In this document: one piece after another, positions 17,107 through 26,181 of the stretch
Layout of the letters: each line of letters begins with the position of its first letter
How positions within the stretch are numbered: the stretch's first letter is position 1
Origin: Candidatus Pacearchaeota archaeon CG_4_10_14_0_2_um_filter_35_33
Lineage (GTDB): Archaea; Nanobdellota; Nanobdellia; Pacearchaeales; GW2011-AR1
Assembly: GCA_002792635.1 (NCBI GenBank)
Contig: PFOR01000013.1
Location: 1 to 56,408 of the forward strand
Direction: 5' to 3'
Length of the DNA: 56,408 nucleotides
The notes under the pieces: model-generated
Database searches by the model: none
Seen by the model: only the letters and a program-made list of their open reading frames with translations
What the model was told of the DNA's origin: nothing
Program-made: the position numbers and the translations under genes

Positions 17107-20100
17107 TTTACTTTTTTCTTAGCTCTTGAATACAATGTCCAAACATTCCTATTATCTTTTCCTATCAATTCGGCAATCTCTAAATTACCCATATCTTTCC
17201 TAAGATAATAAACAATAGCTTCCAAGATGCTAAGCCCACTATTAAACACATTAACCGGAATCACCATACCCTCTGTAACCACAAGTCTTCCTTTTTTCTT
17301 CTTTAAAGCATTATTATAATTGTTCCAAACAGTCCTCTGATCCCTTCCAATTGTTTCAGCAATTTCACTAAACTTCATCCCTTCATTTTCTTTCAAATAC
17401 TTACATAATACCTCGGCAGGACCCAACTTATTATCCCTGAATATAGATAATGGAATACGGATTTCCATCTTCCTCACCTTATTAGAAACTAATTTATCTC
17501 TAAGCAATTCCAACAACTCATCACTCGATAAATTCCCTGCCAAATCCCTCAACTCATTTCTCCTCTTCAAAGAAAGAGGTAATCCAAACATCGTTGCCCA
17601 TCCAATAATCAAAGCAAACAAGATTTCCCAAGCACCAGAATAACTTCCAGTAGACAATCCTGTTGGCACCTCCTCAGCACAATAATCCAATACTTCCTGC
17701 GAATTCTCCCCCCTCGGCAAAACAGCATTAGGAATAGTAACTGGATTCCCATCAACAAGCCTAAATTCATTACATATCAAATCATCAGCATTAACACTAA
17801 ATTTATCAGAAATTATTTGATTTATTCCATTACTTAATGGGTTCCCTGTAACAGTTATAGAGGTGAAATCCTTATTTCCCAAATTCAGAATTATAAGATT
17901 ATCATCCGCGGGAATATCAGTCCCTCCCGGGACTAATCCAGACCATACAATTGAAAACGGTTCGTTAACATACTGAGACTCCCACAAATTAAATTCGTTA
18001 TTATCTCTCTTCGAGTTCTGCTGACTCAGGCTGTCTGTAGCCCTGGCACCCACATCCCATAATCCTGGCTCATCATAATACTGAATCCCAACAACACAAT
18101 CAAACTCAGCAGTAGTTGGATTAATTATCGTCCCTTTAGCACAATCCAAGTCATCTCTTGTTAGAGGATCACTAGGAGGGAAGAAACTTGTTTCAACTAA
18201 AGTTATGTCCCCATGTCCATCGGGATCTGAAACAGTTATCGTTGCGAGAACATTAGAAATGTCTCCTTCTACAATAAGTTGATCAGGGTCAACATAAATA
18301 TTTTGAATTGTGGGTGGCTGATTAACGGCTCCTGCTTCTCCTATGTAATAATAGCTAAACCCTGTAACGTTAAACTTGACAGTTTCTGCATTCAAATTGG
18401 TAAATGCTGTGCATTCATTTCCACAATCTAAACCATCCCTCCTAATTGCAGGGTCCACAAAGTTACCAGGCATGTTTCTAAATGTTATATTCGCCTCTTT
18501 ATTCAATGCGCCTAGCTCGGGAACAATATTAACATAAGCATAATTATAACTAACCTCTGTATTTGAATCGAGATTTCCGAATCTTGGATCCAAAGAATCT
18601 GTAGCATTCCATTCTATAGAGCCCCCTTGATAAGAACTGTTAATCAAACTTAATGCAAACTTAATACCATAATGAACGCCAAAATCTTCAAATCCTTTTG
18701 AATAGTTTATAGAAATCCTTCCGGTATCCCCATCAGCACCTGTAATTTGTCCCCTTCCTTCCTTAACACTTATGTGAACTCCCTTCATGTCTACAAAATC
18801 ATTTTCGAAATATATGTTTCCTCCGTCTCCAGGCGATTGCTCAAAGGTAGCTGCACTCCCACCATGTAAATTTGCATTAGAAGTAACATTAGAATTAAAT
18901 AAGAACAAGCTACCTCCGTGTACTCCTGTGCCTTGTCCACTTCCACCTCCTGTATTTCCGTAAAGCAAAACGTCTTCTACTTCAGAATTATACATAGTTA
19001 CATTGGGTCTCGACCTTGGGGTACTTCCCAAAGCTTCTATAGAACTTCCAAAATTAGTAACTCTCGTATTCTTAAGAGTGAAATTCTTAACATCAGCCCT
19101 TGTAAGGTTTATCCCCACACTATCCGGTGCTCCATCACCTGTGATAACAAAACCATTTCCATTCAAAGAAATATCATTAGCATTAACTTGTATACAAACT
19201 TCAGACCCTGACACGTCAGATGACAAAACATATTCTTTCCCTGCTTGATTTAAAATAGCACAAGTTGAAATTCCAGATTCATCAACAGAAAAATCAACAC
19301 TTTCTGTATTATTAATCAATCCAGAATTATCTCCCGTATAAAATAGAATTGTGTAGTCTCCAGTATTAAGAGTGTCCAAATCGTAATTGAAATTAATTCC
19401 ATCTGTAGTAGACATTGTAAAGTTTGTAGCCCAATTATCAAGGGTAAAGTTAACACTTCCAACACCTTCATCCAAACTTACCGTAACTGGAATTGGAAAT
19501 TCATTGGCATTATAAATTCTTGATTCAGGAGATGTAATATCAACGTCAGGAGGGCTATCTCCAATAACTGTAACCTCATCAACAACGCACCTCTCCCCTC
19601 CACCACTATTATCAATGATACATTCGAACGTAACTGTCATCTGGTTCGTGAAAGAGAGTTGATTTTGAAGTTTTCCAAATTTAGCATATCCAAGAGTAGA
19701 GCCCGGAGGAATACTTTGATCAACACTATCAGCAAAAATGCTACTTAATATGACTGGCACATCAACTCCGTTATCTAAATGAACAACCATTCCCTCACCA
19801 ACATCAACCTTGTAAAGTTTGTAACTAAGAGACAAATTTGCTGTGCTAAAACCGGATAAATCGAAAGTCTCGCTAAGGTTAAATGAACATGGCCCATTAA
19901 GACATTCAAACCCGGGATTGCTCGCACATGTTCCAGAAAAAGCCCCCCCAGGCAAATCCCAGGAACCAAAAGGAACATTCTGCCAGTTTCCAAGACTGTT
20001 ACAAGATTCGTACATAACTGTTTCAGCAGGGGCAAAAGAAATCTCCTCTTGTCCAAAAAAGTTCATACCCATCAACAACAGACCAAACAAAAGCAAAATA

Positions 20101-20402
20101 ACAGCTGACAAAACAAACTTCTTATTGACGACAAATCCAGGTTTCTTCTTAGAATAAAAATCCAAATATTTCTGATAGACATCTATTGTTTTATCGTAAT
20201 AGTTCATCCATTCACTTAATTTCCTTCCATCCAAACCTTTATCCAACAACTGCTTGTAAGTTTCCTCATTTAAATGCCCGGATTCATGTTGAGCAATCAA
20301 ATCTTCAACAAATCCTCTCTTTCTCTTCTTGGCAGCCTCAGCCTCGTTAATTTTTTCGTTTATCTCATTAATCCTTCTATTAATCTCTTCCATGCTTGCC
20401 AT
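17103..20402 (-). CDS. Giant two-TM surface protein: cytoplasmic coiled coil, TM, lectin-like + Ig-like + right-handed beta-helix ectodomain, TM, two cytoplasmic HTH modules
   Basis: TM1 FVLSAVILLLFGLLLMGMNFF. NosD/beta-helix-like CIQVNANDISLNGNGFVITG..GINL. TM2 AWEILFALIIGWATMFGLPLSL. Tail repeats ..FSEIAETIGRDQRTVWNNYNNALKK and ..LEIAELIGKDNRNVWTLYSRAKKK. Confidence 0.7.
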   Translation of the reverse strand: MASMEEINRRINEINEKINEAEAAKKRKRGFVEDLIAQHESGHLNEETYKQLLDKGLDGRKLSEWMNYYDKTIDVYQKYLDFYSKKKPGFVVNKKFVLSAVILLLFGLLLMGMNFFGQEEISFAPAETVMYESCNSLGNWQNVPFGSWDLPGGAFSGTCASNPGFECLNGPCSFNLSETFDLSGFSTANLSLSYKLYKVDVGEGMVVHLDNGVDVPVILSSIFADSVDQSIPPGSTLGYAKFGKLQNQLSFTNQMTVTFECIIDNSGGGERCVVDEVTVIGDSPPDVDITSPESRIYNANEFPIPVTVSLDEGVGSVNFTLDNWATNFTMSTTDGINFNYDLDTLNTGDYTILFYTGDNSGLINNTESVDFSVDESGISTCAILNQAGKEYVLSSDVSGSEVCIQVNANDISLNGNGFVITGDGAPDSVGINLTRADVKNFTLKNTRVTNFGSSIEALGSTPRSRPNVTMYNSEVEDVLLYGNTGGGSGQGTGVHGGSLFLFNSNVTSNANLHGGSAATFEQSPGDGGNIYFENDFVDMKGVHISVKEGRGQITGADGDTGRISINYSKGFEDFGVHYGIKFALSLINSSYQGGSIEWNATDSLDPRFGNLDSNTEVSYNYAYVNIVPELGALNKEANITFRNMPGNFVDPAIRRDGLDCGNECTAFTNLNAETVKFNVTGFSYYYIGEAGAVNQPPTIQNIYVDPDQLIVEGDISNVLATITVSDPDGHGDITLVETSFFPPSDPLTRDDLDCAKGTIINPTTAEFDCVVGIQYYDEPGLWDVGARATDSLSQQNSKRDNNEFNLWESQYVNEPFSIVWSGLVPGGTDIPADDNLIILNLGNKDFTSITVTGNPLSNGINQIISDKFSVNADDLICNEFRLVDGNPVTIPNAVLPRGENSQEVLDYCAEEVPTGLSTGSYSGAWEILFALIIGWATMFGLPLSLKRRNELRDLAGNLSSDELLELLRDKLVSNKVRKMEIRIPLSIFRDNKLGPAEVLCKYLKENEGMKFSEIAETIGRDQRTVWNNYNNALKKKKGRLVVTEGMVIPVNVFNSGLSILEAIVYYLRKDMGNLEIAELIGKDNRNVWTLYSRAKKKVK

Positions 20403-20429
20403 AATAATTACTTAAAGTGTGTTAAAATA

Positions 20430-20446
20430 GATATATAAACCTTTCC
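20430..20446 (-). promoter_or_regulatory. BRE/TATA-like promoter of the surface operon
   Basis: Minus-strand ggaaaggtttatatatc, about 33 nt upstream of ATG 20402. Confidence 0.45.
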
Positions 20447-20471
20447 AAATTAAGTATTTTATACCTATTTT

Positions 20472-20620
20472 GTATTAATAAAGAACTTAATATGTGTTAT
20501 TTAAACTTAATATGTGTTATTTAAACTTAATATGTGTTATTTAAACTTAATATGTGTTATTTAAACTTAATATGTGTTATTTAAACTTAATATGTGTTAA
20601 TAAAGAACTTAGTATGTATT
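20472..20620. repeat. Perfect 20-bp tandem repeat array (acttaatatgtgttatttaa x5 plus a 15-nt partial) with related flanking half-units
   Basis: Units at 20485, 20505, 20525, 20545, 20565, partial at 20585. Flanks gtattaataaagaacttaatatgt and gtgttaataaagaacttagtatgt. Confidence 0.95.
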
Positions 20621-20686
20621 ACATATCATTCAAAAATATAAGCTAAAGACTAAAAAATTTTACTTAACTTGTATTAAGTAACAGAA

Positions 20687-20917
20687 TTATTCCCGGTAGT
20701 CTGCATCAATTGTTTCTGTCGTTTCAACTCTATCCATAAAAGAACCCTCATCTGTTAGATTTACCAAATGCATTCCTCTTCTAGCAAGACCCATTTCCGA
20801 AGGATCTCTTCTAGCTTCACTCAAAAACAAACCAGGAACTCTCCCTGTTAACTCTTGTGCTTTAACGGCTGTGTCATACACAACGTCAGTTTTAGGTTCA
20901 GTATATCCATTTTCCAT
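20687..20917 (-). CDS. Hypothetical small acidic protein
   Basis: ORF with a locally higher GC look; no motif recognised. Confidence 0.4.
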   Translation of the reverse strand: MENGYTEPKTDVVYDTAVKAQELTGRVPGLFLSEARRDPSEMGLARRGMHLVNLTDEGSFMDRVETTETIDADYRE

Positions 20918-21042
20918 ATATTACAAAATTTCTTTCTCTTTTTAAATTTTTCTCTGGGCGGGTTAATCTTACAGGCTAAGCGGGGTTTTAACACAAGAAT
21001 CCTAAGAGAAAACTATAAATATTCACTAAAAGTAGAGAATTT

Positions 21043-21231
21043 ATGGAAAACAAAGAAATAATAAGCCTTAGAAAAGATGTAAATAATCTGAAAGAAGTAG
21101 TTGAAAATCTGACTATTTTAATGAATAGAAGACTGATAAGCGAATTAAAGGAAGAGGCAGATAATATAGAAGCAGGGAAATTTTTAACTGAAGAAGAATT
21201 TGAGAAGAAACATAAGGTTAAAATTCAGTAA
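21043..21231 (+). CDS. Small coiled-coil protein with antitoxin-like C-terminus
   Basis: TATA-like aactataaatatt about 25 nt upstream. C-terminal NIEAGKFLTEEEFEKKH resembles addiction-module component tails. Its 3' end overlaps the relE-like gene by 14 nt, convergently. Confidence 0.45.
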   Translation: MENKEIISLRKDVNNLKEVVENLTILMNRRLISELKEEADNIEAGKFLTEEEFEKKHKVKIQ

Positions 21232-21514
21232 TGTCTTTTGAATAGCCTCTTCTAATATAATCATCACACTCATCTTTGTGTTTTACAGATAAAATCCAGA
21301 TTTCCTTAGCATTTTCCTGAACAATGTAAAACACCCTATAAACCTCTGCCTTAAATTCCCATAAAGTTGGCTTCGTATGTGACAAAGGCTTTCCAACACT
21401 TTCAGGATTTTCTTTTAGGCGAGTCAACTTTTTGATAATTTGTGATGATATTGACTTATCAATCTTCTCAAACTCTTTATCGAACTTCTTTCCAAACTTG
21501 AGAATAAAAAGCAT
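21218..21514 (-). CDS. RelE/ParE-family toxin
   Basis: About 98 aa. KKFDKEFEKIDKSISSQIIKKLTRLKENP..GKPL..LWEFKAEVYRVFYIVQENAKEIWILSVKHKDE is the typical RelE/ParE layout. Confidence 0.7.
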   Translation of the reverse strand: MLFILKFGKKFDKEFEKIDKSISSQIIKKLTRLKENPESVGKPLSHTKPTLWEFKAEVYRVFYIVQENAKEIWILSVKHKDECDDYIRRGYSKDITEF

Positions 21515-21532
21515 TATTTCCTTAAACTATTC

Positions 21533-21691
21533 TCATTTAATTAGTTTTCTCAACAAATCACTAAAACTAAGACCAAAATTCTGGTTTCTACAAGAGAAAC
21601 ATCTTAGAATAAGATGAGGAACTTTGTCTCTTATTGGATATTAAGTGACTTTAGCACGAGCTGGTGGGCGAACAGCCCTCATATCTTGCAT
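21533..21691 (-). pseudogene. RHH-like antitoxin gene interrupted by an in-frame TAA (codon 17)
   Basis: 53-codon frame MQDMRAVRPPARAKVT*YPIRDKVPHLILRCFSCRNQNFGLSFSDLLRKLIK ends 18 nt before the toxin ATG. Stop at 21641..21643. Confidence 0.35.
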
Positions 21692-21813
21692 ATTTGTTTG
21701 AAAATCGCCTTTGAGCGTGATTGACAAACAATTTTTTTCATGAGAAGGTCCTTTTTTACCTCATAGAAAGTTTTAAAAAAAATTTAAACACTCATGTCCT
21801 AAAAAACATCTTT

Positions 21814-22380
21814 TTACTCTTCAATCTCTATTTCTCCAGTCATTCCTTCACCCTCGTCAACGCCATGGGCTTTATCAATTTCTTTTCTAACATTTTCCTC
21901 GTCCATCTTTTGCAAATCTGCCAAAGTAACTTCCCGGGTAACTTTCTCCTTTCTTAATGTAATTCCTAAAATACTCTCTATCCTGGCAATCAACGCAAAA
22001 TTATCTTCTGGTAATCCGCCATTCTCAACAACCTTCAAAACATCCTCATCCTTCCCTAATTGATCAGCAAACTGTTTTCTAGACAGTCCCAATCCACGTC
22101 TCTTCTTAACAATTTCCCAATGAAAATTATCTACTAAGGAGGCCAAAACATCATTTCTCTTATAAACATCCTTCCTCCAAGTCTCAACCCTTGGCACCTT
22201 TCTCTTAGGCTTATAAGTTAAATCCAACGTCTTGCTTTCTCTTGACTCTTCCATATTTTTCTCAACAGCTGCATCTGGAAAGTTTCTAAGAATAAACAGC
22301 TCCTCATCTCTTGCTTGAGATTCTGGAACTCTTATTATCTCTCCTTCTTTTATCACTTCTACGATTCTTTCAGACATCAA
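21814..22380 (-). CDS. HTH XRE-family (MBF1-like) DNA-binding protein
   Basis: IVKKRRGLGLSRKQFADQLGKDEDVLKVVENGGLPEDNFALIARIESILGITL is a Cro/C1-type HTH. No N-terminal zinc ribbon. Confidence 0.65.
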   Translation of the reverse strand: MMSERIVEVIKEGEIIRVPESQARDEELFILRNFPDAAVEKNMEESRESKTLDLTYKPKRKVPRVETWRKDVYKRNDVLASLVDNFHWEIVKKRRGLGLSRKQFADQLGKDEDVLKVVENGGLPEDNFALIARIESILGITLRKEKVTREVTLADLQKMDEENVRKEIDKAHGVDEGEGMTGEIEIEE

Positions 22381-22404
22381 AAAACATCTTCTTATGCATT
22401 TAAA

Positions 22405-23073
22405 TTAATTATTGGCATCAAAAACAATATTCCTGGCGTCTTCTAGGGTTATAATATCGTCAATAATTCTTTCTTCGTCTATTAAAACAACAGGTAATTC
22501 AGTCAAATCATAATTCTCCAGAGCAATATTAACAGACTCTAAATCCAAGTTAGCGGCAATTGGGATAAGTAAAATCTCTTCAGGATTTCCACCCTTAATG
22601 TCTCCCAAAAGTCTTGAAAAAAAGATCTGTTGAGATCTTACGCCAACATCTTGTGTTTCATACTCATAAAAATAAACAACAGTATGGAACCCATCTCCGC
22701 ACCTATCCTTCAGCTTAATACTCTCCACCCATAATAGAGTTCTTAACAAGTCATACCTTCTATGGATTATCTTCAAATCGTTCGTAAATTTGCTCGCAGA
22801 ATCATACTTTTCTAATTTAAGAGCCTCTCCGTAGATTTTATCAGCAAATCCAAAAGTACTTTCAATTGCTAAATCACAACTAAGATTCAGATTCTCAATT
22901 ATCTGGTTCCTTAGTTGTTCATCCAACAAATTCAATTCAGAGTTGGCAAGATTAATTTCAATTTCCTGCGCCCTTCCTCTTTCAAGCACAAAACCAAGAA
23001 GCATCCCAAATAAAAAAACTACAATTGTAAAAATCAATGCCTGCCAAAAAGCATGTTTAGGATTCATTACCAT
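22405..23073 (-). CDS. Membrane-anchored hypothetical protein (co-transcribed with GT2)
   Basis: N-terminal TM AFWQALIFTIVVFLFGMLLGFVL. 7-nt overlap with the upstream GT2 gene. Confidence 0.5.
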   Translation of the reverse strand: MVMNPKHAFWQALIFTIVVFLFGMLLGFVLERGRAQEIEINLANSELNLLDEQLRNQIIENLNLSCDLAIESTFGFADKIYGEALKLEKYDSASKFTNDLKIIHRRYDLLRTLLWVESIKLKDRCGDGFHTVVYFYEYETQDVGVRSQQIFFSRLLGDIKGGNPEEILLIPIAANLDLESVNIALENYDLTELPVVLIDEERIIDDIITLEDARNIVFDANN

Positions 23074-24305
23074 GTATAATTTCTCCTTATCATTTTGTAT
23101 ATGGCGTGAACCACAATGAAGGGGTACAAAGCCAGGTATATTGTGAGATAAAAGAGGATATTAAAAATTTTATTGTTCTTGGCCGTAGAGTCACTAAGGA
23201 TAGTCAGGGATAAAATAGTAAATGCCCCCCCTAAAACAAAAAGAACTCCTCCAAAAAAATTCAAAATAGAGGGAGAGAAGGTTAAATCCTGTAAACTTAC
23301 AATAGTTGAACTAGCGTAAATGGAATATTTAGTCGAAAGATAAGAGACCAAAACTCTCTTAAAAATCAAATAAGCAAATAGCCCCAAACCAAAAACTCCT
23401 AAAAACAAAGAAGTTGCAAACCAAGGCACAACAAAAAAACCAAGCATGTGTCTCCTAAAAAGATATTTTCTATATTTCCATAAAGTCTGCTTTCCACCAA
23501 TGTTCCACCTTATCCTCTGCTTCCACCATTTTTTAAAACTATTAGGAGTCTCTGAATAGGTTCGAGTAGCTAGACTCATCCTAGTCAAATAACCGCGAGA
23601 CATCATCTTCCAAGAAATTTCTATATCTTCAGTCATATTTTTTACATCAAATAAACCAACTTCAAACAACACTTTCTTATCATACAATGCAAATGGACCT
23701 GGCGTAACATAAACCGCATCAACCATATCTAAAAGTTTTCTGTTGAATGCTATTACTGCATACTCTATCGCCTGCAACTTTTGAATAAATGTTTTGGGAT
23801 TCTTAGTCAAAATAGTGCAAGTAACTGCCCCCACTTTTTTGTCAGTCTGCAAGAAGCCAATCATTTTCTTTAAAGCATCTGGATTGGGAGTGGAATCAGC
23901 ATCTGCAACTGCCACATAATCAAACTTAGAAGCCCTAATACCAATATTCCTGGGTTCTGCCGCACCACCTGAATTCCTCTCATTCACAATCAACTTAACA
24001 TTATCATACTTCTTCACATATTTCCTCACAACTTCTACACTGTTATCTGTGCTCTTATCATCAACAACTATAATTTCTAATTTGTCCTTGGGCCAATCTA
24101 GGCTCACCAAAGATTTTATGCCTGCTCCAATTTCCTTTGCTTCATTATAACATGGAATAACAATGGTAACTCCTTCTATTCTTCCCGGAGGATAATCAAA
24201 AACTTTTTTTCTATTAGGGAAATATATGAAAACAAATAAAGCTAGCATATAAAGACCAATAAACACATAAGCAAAAAATACAAAATCAACAAAACTATTA
24301 ACCAT
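23067..24305 (-). CDS. Family-2 glycosyltransferase, processive type (PgaC/NodC/cellulose-synthase-like)
   Basis: VTIVIPCYNE, IIVVDDKSTDNS, VADADSTP, TEDIEISWK, QRIRWNIG (QxxRW). TM helices at both ends. Confidence 0.85.
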   Translation of the reverse strand: MVNSFVDFVFFAYVFIGLYMLALFVFIYFPNRKKVFDYPPGRIEGVTIVIPCYNEAKEIGAGIKSLVSLDWPKDKLEIIVVDDKSTDNSVEVVRKYVKKYDNVKLIVNERNSGGAAEPRNIGIRASKFDYVAVADADSTPNPDALKKMIGFLQTDKKVGAVTCTILTKNPKTFIQKLQAIEYAVIAFNRKLLDMVDAVYVTPGPFALYDKKVLFEVGLFDVKNMTEDIEISWKMMSRGYLTRMSLATRTYSETPNSFKKWWKQRIRWNIGGKQTLWKYRKYLFRRHMLGFFVVPWFATSLFLGVFGLGLFAYLIFKRVLVSYLSTKYSIYASSTIVSLQDLTFSPSILNFFGGVLFVLGGAFTILSLTILSDSTAKNNKIFNILFYLTIYLALYPFIVVHAIYKMIRRNYTW

Positions 24306-24825
24306 TCTCTATTCTATAAACCTGCTTGCCCTGATCAACTTGAAAATAATCATAAAATTCATCACTCAAAGTAAGCTCAGATGTATGCCCTATCTTTTTC
24401 TTTTTAATCAATCCCATTTCAACAAACTTCTTAACATGATCATAAGCCTTATTACCCCTTATTTTAACTAATACTGATTGTTTCATAGGCTGTTTGTATG
24501 CAATGATTGCCAAACTTTCTTGCTCAGCGTTACTAAATTCACTACTCCCTCCAGCCAGTTTGTTAACCATTCCGGTAAATTCCTGAGAGACATCCATCTT
24601 CCATTTGCCCTCCCTTTTAATTATTTCAATCGCCGAATCCGAATACCTCTCTTTTAAATCATCCAAAATCCTCCTAAGGAGAATTGGATTAACATCAGTT
24701 AGACCTATTAATTCCTGTAAACCTAAAAATCTACCAGAAATAAACAAGGCAGCTTCAACTTTCCTGGTGTTTTCTAAATCACTCTCCCTGTCTATCTCAT
24801 CAACACTCTTGCTAGAAATTTCCAT
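24298..24825 (-). CDS. scpB: Segregation and condensation protein B (ScpB)
   Basis: VEAALFISGRFLGLQELIGL.., second winged helix SNAEQESLAIIAYKQPMKQSVLVKIRGNKAYDHVKKFVEMGLI. Confidence 0.8.
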   Translation of the reverse strand: MEISSKSVDEIDRESDLENTRKVEAALFISGRFLGLQELIGLTDVNPILLRRILDDLKERYSDSAIEIIKREGKWKMDVSQEFTGMVNKLAGGSSEFSNAEQESLAIIAYKQPMKQSVLVKIRGNKAYDHVKKFVEMGLIKKKKIGHTSELTLSDEFYDYFQVDQGKQVYRIENG

Positions 24826-24856
24826 AACAATCTCTATAAATTGATGTTTTTAAAAC

Positions 24857-25456
24857 CTATCCCAGTCCAATCAACAACCCTTCAATAATCGCTGCCACTA
24901 TCAGCAAGGGCAAGATTATAGTTAAGAACACCTTTAAAGAACTCCGGAGCCTTCTGTAAAATTCTTTTTTTATATTTTTGCCAGAAAACCAAAAAGTGCC
25001 AAATTTTATTCCTAAACCGACAGCAATAAAAATCGCAGGAAGCTCAAATATTCCATGAGGAGCAAGCCTCCAGAATGTAAAGATGCCTTCAACCGCAATT
25101 GCCTTATTCATGACAAAACCCAACAAAACCCCATTCACCAAAATACTCATCACAGGGACAATTCCTAAGAGCATGCCTGAAAGAATAGAAATAAAAGCAG
25201 AGCCTAAATTATTCCAAAATATAAATAAAATTAATCCTTCTGTACTCAATCCCTCAGTCTTATCAACCAAATCCCGGATAATTTCTAAAAGATAATTTTC
25301 AAAATACCCCTGGAATATAAAACCAACCAATCCCCCAGCCAAAAATAAAAAGATGGCAGAATAGATATAATTCTTGCTCTCCTTTATGTAATCCCAACTA
25401 TCCTTAAACCAATTACTCCTCTTTCTATTTATCCTCGTTCTTTGTTTCTTTCTCAT
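24857..25456 (-). CDS. SpoIIM-family (DUF95) membrane protein
   Basis: Multi-TM. LAPHGIFELPAIFIAVGLG motif. Confidence 0.7.
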   Translation of the reverse strand: MRKKQRTRINRKRSNWFKDSWDYIKESKNYIYSAIFLFLAGGLVGFIFQGYFENYLLEIIRDLVDKTEGLSTEGLILFIFWNNLGSAFISILSGMLLGIVPVMSILVNGVLLGFVMNKAIAVEGIFTFWRLAPHGIFELPAIFIAVGLGIKFGTFWFSGKNIKKEFYRRLRSSLKVFLTIILPLLIVAAIIEGLLIGLG

Positions 25457-26181
25457 CTAAACATCCTATTCAATAATTTTACCTTTCTTGAATACTTATT
25501 CCTTAAGTAAAATCCATATATGACTCCTACTACCAATCCCCCAAAATGAGCTGTATTGCCAATTGGCCAATTTCCTAAAGCAGAAACTATCCACAATCCA
25601 AACATTAAAAATACCATCCCTGCCCACAGAGGCATAGGGATAATGAAAAATACCAGAACCCTAAGTTTTGGAAGCAAAACTGCCAATAGTCCGCCAATCC
25701 CAAACAATGCACCGGAAGCCCCAACAGCAAACGCATCAATACTTCCAAACAATCTTTCTCCACCGGGCACATAAAGTCCAAGATATGCAAGACCAACGAA
25801 AAACAAACCCGCTGCAATTCCCGAAATCAAATAAAACCACAAAAACCTTTTCCTTCCAATTATCTTCTCAACTAAATTCCCAATAAAGAACATTGAAACC
25901 ATATTAACAAACAAATGGGTAAAACTTCCATGCATAAACATACTTGTAATCAAAGTCCAGATATATCCCTGAACAAACAACTGCGGGTTCAACGCTAAAT
26001 ACTGTAAAAAGCTTCCTCCAAATGCATCAACACTAGTTAAATTAACACTTAATATAACAATCAAAAGTAAAACCAAGAGAAATACAATAACATTCAGATA
26101 AATCAAAAGATTTGTTAAACTAATTCTTTCAAAAAAACCCTTCTTATATCTACGAAGATATCTTTTAGAATGCCTCCTCAT
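25453..26181 (-). CDS. Rhomboid-family intramembrane serine protease
   Basis: HGSFTHLFVNM, GASGALFGIGG (catalytic Ser), AHFGGLVVG (catalytic His). Confidence 0.85.
   Translation of the reverse strand: MRRHSKRYLRRYKKGFFERISLTNLLIYLNVIVFLLVLLLIVILSVNLTSVDAFGGSFLQYLALNPQLFVQGYIWTLITSMFMHGSFTHLFVNMVSMFFIGNLVEKIIGRKRFLWFYLISGIAAGLFFVGLAYLGLYVPGGERLFGSIDAFAVGASGALFGIGGLLAVLLPKLRVLVFFIIPMPLWAGMVFLMFGLWIVSALGNWPIGNTAHFGGLVVGVIYGFYLRNKYSRKVKLLNRMFR

Noticed and set aside
20472-20620. Tandem 20-bp array as a CRISPR array or replication-origin iterons
   Set aside because: The repeats are contiguous with no spacers, so this is not CRISPR. No orc1/cdc6 gene or ORB-like element is adjacent, so an origin role is unsupported. 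A promoter-proximal regulatory array fits better.
25453-26181. Rhomboid protease as the releasing protease for the membrane-tethered HTH/RHH proteins
   Set aside because: An attractive idea, but the gene sits in an unrelated tfe-scpB-GT2 operon 5 kb or more away. Nothing in the sequence links them.
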